This document shows, piece by piece, positions 28,607 through 32,000 of a stretch of DNA of 32,000 bases (position 1 is its first letter; the number at the start of each line of letters is the position of its first letter). The position numbers and the translations under genes are program-made. The notes beneath the pieces are model-generated. The model worked only from the letters and a program-made list of their open reading frames with translations, was not told where the DNA came from and did no database searches. Source of the DNA: Opitutales bacterium (lineage in GTDB: Bacteria; Verrucomicrobiota; Verrucomicrobiia; Opitutales; Coraliomargaritaceae); assembly GCA_049606355.1 (NCBI GenBank), contig JBMYVL010000002.1:1-32000 (forward strand), given 5' to 3'.

Positions 28607-28678
28607 TGTCTCGTTTGTAACGATCCGTATCCACCATCAATCACGAGGAATTAACACGCATATAAAGAAAACGAGACA
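28607..28678 (+). promoter_or_regulatory. 10-bp perfect inverted repeat TGTCTCGTTT ... AAACGAGACA bracketing the whole spacer between the two orphan ORFs
   Basis: The left arm (28607-28616) starts 6 nt after the stop of the first ORF. The right arm (28669-28678) ends 1 nt before the ATG at 28680. As RNA, the stem would cover the ribosome-loading region of the second ORF. Confidence 0.6.
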
Positions 28679-28679
28679 T

Positions 28680-29036
28680 ATGATCAATCTAGTCGAAACG
28701 TCTGTAAGAGCTCAGCAAAATTTGCCATACCAGTCCCTCCGCGCAGAAATTAACAGCCTGTCGTCGCTGCTGGTGAATGAAATAAATTTACCGATGGGAA
28801 TGCGCAGTTTCCTTGCCGAAGAATGCTCGGAGCTGGATACAATGTTAACAGATGCCAGCTTTGAAATGGCAGCAATTGCTTGGAAGATACATGCGATTGC
28901 ATTAACCTTGGGTTGGTGTCGTGAGATACCCCAGGATTCGGAATTGTCGCTCAAGGTAAAGCTCTTGGACCTGAAATTGCAGTCCTACCGAAGGGCAGAG
29001 CAGGGCGAATTTTATACTGAACGCGATGCAGTCTGA
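28680..29036 (+). CDS. hypothetical protein (net acidic, predicted all-helical, single histidine)
   Basis: ATG-initiated 118 aa ORF with heptad-like hydrophobic spacing. It has one His (KIHAIALTLG). No family recognised. An 80 aa antisense ORF overlaps it. Confidence 0.4.
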   Translation: MINLVETSVRAQQNLPYQSLRAEINSLSSLLVNEINLPMGMRSFLAEECSELDTMLTDASFEMAAIAWKIHAIALTLGWCREIPQDSELSLKVKLLDLKLQSYRRAEQGEFYTERDAV

Positions 29037-29105
29037 GGCGTGTTCTATTCGCGCCAAGACGGTGATGGCCTTGAGCAGGCGCTCCGCACTGCACGATCGC
29101 TATTG

Positions 29106-29681
29106 TTACTTCAGTATGATCAGGTTTGCGCGTCGATCTTGACTCGCCTGAGCTTTGGATAAGCCGCTGGTCGCTTCGAGACTTCCTTTGGAGAGTACCT
29201 CAATACGATCGGGACTGGTGCCAAGTGTGATCAAGTAGTCGCGCGCACTGTTGGCGCGACGATCGCCCAATGCCAAGTTGTAATCGGCAGTGCCGTACCA
29301 GTCGCTACGACCCTCAATCAGTAAGCCATCTTTAGGGTTTTTGCTAAGGTAGGCTGCAGCTTCTTGTAGCTTAACGCGCTCCGAGCTGGGTATTGCTGCT
29401 GAATCGAAATCAAAATAAACGTTTTCCAATTTGCCGACGATCATTTGCCGACCATTGTAATAACCATCTTCAATGCCTACGTTGCCATCGCGTAGTTCCA
29501 GATCTTCAGCTCCCAGCCCGTAGTCGGACAATCCATTGCCGGGTATCAGGTCCTCACTCAACGAGCCATTGCCAGCACCTAGAACAGTGTCAACTGGGGA
29601 GGGTGGTTGCTTGCGTGTACAGCCAGTGATTGAAAAAAGGACTGCGACGAGTAGGACTACAGAATGAAGCGAAATTTGCAT
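29106..29681 (-). CDS. Pal-like peptidoglycan-associated lipoprotein (OmpA_C domain)
   Basis: The lipoprotein signal MQISLHSVVLLVAVLFSITG-C carries a lipobox. The OmpA-like core is VYFDFDSAAI...EGRSDWYGTADYNLALGDRRANSARDYL. The track start at 29774 would overlap the divergent cbiX-like gene, so the ATG at 29681 is preferred. Confidence 0.85.
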   Translation of the reverse strand: MQISLHSVVLLVAVLFSITGCTRKQPPSPVDTVLGAGNGSLSEDLIPGNGLSDYGLGAEDLELRDGNVGIEDGYYNGRQMIVGKLENVYFDFDSAAIPSSERVKLQEAAAYLSKNPKDGLLIEGRSDWYGTADYNLALGDRRANSARDYLITLGTSPDRIEVLSKGSLEATSGLSKAQASQDRRANLIILK

Positions 29682-29752
29682 TATTGAAAACTTTGGTACA
29701 TCGATTGGTGTGCGCAAACTTTTTTCTGCACCTCTTGTAACTAACTTCGCTA

Positions 29753-30616
29753 ATGGTTGAGCCTTTGAAAACATCTCTAGAGATTTATTTGGTCGATAAT
29801 GGTTCTTTGTCGCCGCGTGCGACTTTGGAGCTGCGGCGTTTAGCGGAAATGCTTTCCCTACGTAGCGGTCAAGTGGTACAAGCAGTCAGTCTGTTGCACT
29901 CACATAAGGTTCCTGCGGATCAGTTGGGTGGTTGCCCGGCCACGATCGTTAAGCGCAAAATGCGTGCTGCGATCGCTGCGGGTAAGCGAAATTTTATTTT
30001 GGTACCACTTTTCCTCGGACCAAGTCTCGCAATTGTGGATTATCTACCGCAACTCATTGCTGAGTTCCGAGTCAATCTGCCTGATTTGAATGTTCAGATT
30101 GCCGCACCCCTCTGCGGTGAAAACCCAGAACAGCCCGATGATCGGCTGGCGAGGATTTTGAAAGCGAATGTGTTAGCTACTGCTGAAGGGGCATCACTCA
30201 ATCGATTGAAGGTTGCATTGGTGGACCATGGTACGCCAGCGAAGTCAGTCAACCTGCTGCGTAACCGTGTCGCCAGCCAATTAGCAGCAATGCTTGCTAC
30301 GGAAGTCGTGGCGTGCTCTATGGAACGACGTGAGGGGGCAGAGTATGATTATAATGAGCCCTTACTTGAACGGGTGGATCGCTTGCCTGCTTTTGGAGGT
30401 GGGGACTTAATCGTCGCCATGTTTTTTCTTTTGCCCGGCAGGCACGCGGGTGATGGAGGCGATGTCTCCGAAATCATGCAGCATTTAGTCGCCCGTCGCG
30501 CTTATGGCAGTGCCAAGATGTCGCCTCTATTGGGGGAGCACCCCTTGTTGCTTGAAATCCTAAAGGATCGGCTCGACGCAAGCATCCATGCGATGCAAGC
30601 AACTGCGCTTGTTTAA
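29753..30616 (+). CDS. two-domain CbiX/SirB-like sirohydrochlorin chelatase family protein
   Basis: Has two CbiX-like halves. The N half has [10 protein letters not shown] and [16 protein letters not shown]. The C half has [11 protein letters not shown] and [15 protein letters not shown]. The metal and substrate cannot be assigned. Confidence 0.65.
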   Translation: MVEPLKTSLEIYLVDNGSLSPRATLELRRLAEMLSLRSGQVVQAVSLLHSHKVPADQLGGCPATIVKRKMRAAIAAGKRNFILVPLFLGPSLAIVDYLPQLIAEFRVNLPDLNVQIAAPLCGENPEQPDDRLARILKANVLATAEGASLNRLKVALVDHGTPAKSVNLLRNRVASQLAAMLATEVVACSMERREGAEYDYNEPLLERVDRLPAFGGGDLIVAMFFLLPGRHAGDGGDVSEIMQHLVARRAYGSAKMSPLLGEHPLLLEILKDRLDASIHAMQATALV

Positions 30617-31254
30617 TTCGGCGAGATCAGGCCGTTGTGCATTGAAAAGCGGGTCAGGCTGGCGACATCGTGCAAATTCAATTTGCGCATGAGGTTCGTC
30701 CGGTGATTCTCAGCGGTTTTAACGCTAATCGCGAGTTTCTCAGCGATGCTGCGCGTGCTGTGACTTTCGGCAATCAGTTGCAGGACTTGTCGCTCCCGTT
30801 TGGTGAGACTGCTAAGACCTGAATCTTTGGACTGTGGATCCGCCATGACCTCTCGAAGCATGTCGGCTACTTCAGGTCCGAAATAGCTGCCGCCACTAGC
30901 GGTAATCTCAATTCCCTTCTTTAATTCATTCAGAGATGCTGATTTTTCCACAAAGCCATGAGCCCCAGCGCGCAGCAGATCACTGACTAAACTGGGCGAC
31001 TGGTGTCCCGAAAAGACTAATATCCGTATATTGGGTATCTTTTCGACTATCCGTCGAATAATCTCAGGGCCGTTAAGTTGCGGTAGTAGTACATCGAGGA
31101 TCACAAAGTCTGGGCGGAGTTTTAGTATTTGTTCGCAACCTTCCAGGCCATCACCAGATTCGAGGATGACCTTAAATTGCTTTGGATCCAAAGCAGCTTT
31201 GCAGACCAATTCACGAATTGCTGTCTGATCTTCAATTATGGCGACGCTCCTCAT
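30613..31254 (-). CDS. orphan NarL/FixJ-family response regulator (REC + LuxR HTH)
   Basis: Shows [28 protein letters not shown] and GFVEKS. The HTH is [43 protein letters not shown]. The ATG at 31254 (MRSVAIIED) is preferred over the track GTG at 31278. No kinase is adjacent. Confidence 0.9.
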   Translation of the reverse strand: MRSVAIIEDQTAIRELVCKAALDPKQFKVILESGDGLEGCEQILKLRPDFVILDVLLPQLNGPEIIRRIVEKIPNIRILVFSGHQSPSLVSDLLRAGAHGFVEKSASLNELKKGIEITASGGSYFGPEVADMLREVMADPQSKDSGLSSLTKRERQVLQLIAESHSTRSIAEKLAISVKTAENHRTNLMRKLNLHDVASLTRFSMHNGLISPN

Positions 31255-31335
31255 GTTAGCGATGGTGTTCGCAACCACTTAAACGTACGCAGCGCAACGA
31301 GTCGGTGAGGCATTGGGGTAACTGAAATGACTATG

Positions 31336-31426
<91 letters not shown>

Positions 31427-31533
31427 AATCTGATGTTTTGATTATTAGTGGGGAGCGGGAGCGCATTGCAAGTTGTTAATGCCTCTAAATCGTTCGCAAC
31501 TACTAGCTAGGCAGCTGGCGACCAACGAGCCTG

Positions 31534-32000
31534 TCAAAAAAATAGGTTCCGATCTAAGCTACGGTACTGAATGGCTTCGAGTAAGTGTGCGGTATCGATA
31601 GTCGTGCTGTCTGCTAAATCGGCGATGGTCCGTGCTACTTTTAAAATACGGTCGTAAGCGCGCGCCGACAGAGCAAGTTGTTCCATTGCTTGTTGCAGTA
31701 ATACGCCTTGCTCTGCGCTTATTTGGCAGTGATTACGAATCTGGCTGTGCTGCATGTGGGCATTACAGCGTGTGGAAGTCGCCTGAAAACGTTTGAGTTG
31801 TTTGCTGCGCGCGTGGATGCATCGGGCACGTATTGCAGCAGAACTTTCTGCGGGTCGATTTTCGCGAAGTTCTTCAATGCGTAGTGCAGGCGCTTCGATA
31901 TGAAGATCGATACGGTCGAGTAAGGGTCCGCTAATTCGGGCTCGGTAGCGCTGTATCTGTGGAACGGTACAGCGACATTCGCGTGTGGGGTCGCCTGTAT
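31534..32000 (-). CDS. comM: YifB/ComM-family Mg-chelatase-like ATPase, C-terminal part (ORF runs off the right window edge)
   Basis: Manual extension upstream of the track ORF stays in frame: ...[42 protein letters not shown]...[19 protein letters not shown]...[18 protein letters not shown]...[13 protein letters not shown]. This is the canonical ComM C-terminus. Confidence 0.88.
   Translation of the reverse strand, partial: TGDPTRECRCTVPQIQRYRARISGPLLDRIDLHIEAPALRIEELRENRPAESSAAIRARCIHARSKQLKRFQATSTRCNAHMQHSQIRNHCQISAEQGVLLQQAMEQLALSARAYDRILKVARTIADLADSTTIDTAHLLEAIQYRSLDRNLFF

Noticed and set aside
28247-28954. Antisense ORFs (28247-28549 and 28712-28954) opposite the two orphan ORFs as the real genes.
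   Set aside because: They are shorter, run against the upstream operon, and would leave the 10-bp inverted repeat without a clear role. This cannot be excluded without expression data.

Overview
This window is mostly a housekeeping chromosomal segment from a Gram-negative bacterium. LpxI, a Pal-type lipoprotein, a membrane H+/Na+-pyrophosphatase and weak or absent Shine-Dalgarno sites fit a PVC/Verrucomicrobiota-like organism, but I cannot verify taxonomy from here.

Gene content from left to right:
- a partial secreted hypothetical protein and a PfkB sugar kinase
- a compact argC-argJ-argB-argD-argF operon on the minus strand
- rplM-rpsI with a strong terminator
- rpoZ, smpB, hppA, a DoxX protein, alaS, leuB and a cupin protein
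- tRNA-Arg(UCU), a DUF971 protein and metF
- a tightly packed leuS / FecR-like unknown / lpxI unit
- a secreted hypothetical, a DUF1504-type membrane transporter and a membrane-anchored cytochrome c
- a signalling neighbourhood at about 25.6-31.3 kb: a cytoplasmic double-PAS HisKA_3 kinase, a NarL-type regulator, two small orphan ORFs, a Pal-like lipoprotein, a two-domain CbiX-like chelatase and a second orphan NarL-type regulator
- tRNA-Ser(UGA) and the 3' part of a comM/yifB gene

I see no CRISPR array, transposase, integrase, restriction, toxin or other recognisable defence or mobile module. I cannot honestly point to a clearly novel system.

The least explained part is the orphan ORF pair at 28131-29036 directly behind the two-component pair, with a 10-bp inverted repeat bracketing their spacer. 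Smaller oddities:
- a CbiX-like protein whose catalytic histidines survive only in the C-terminal half
- a TAATG-coupled unknown between leuS and lpxI
- an 8-bp periodic GATAT array touching the metF start codon
- convergent genes sharing a TTAA stop

All domain calls come from motif recognition by eye on the supplied translations. No searches were run.
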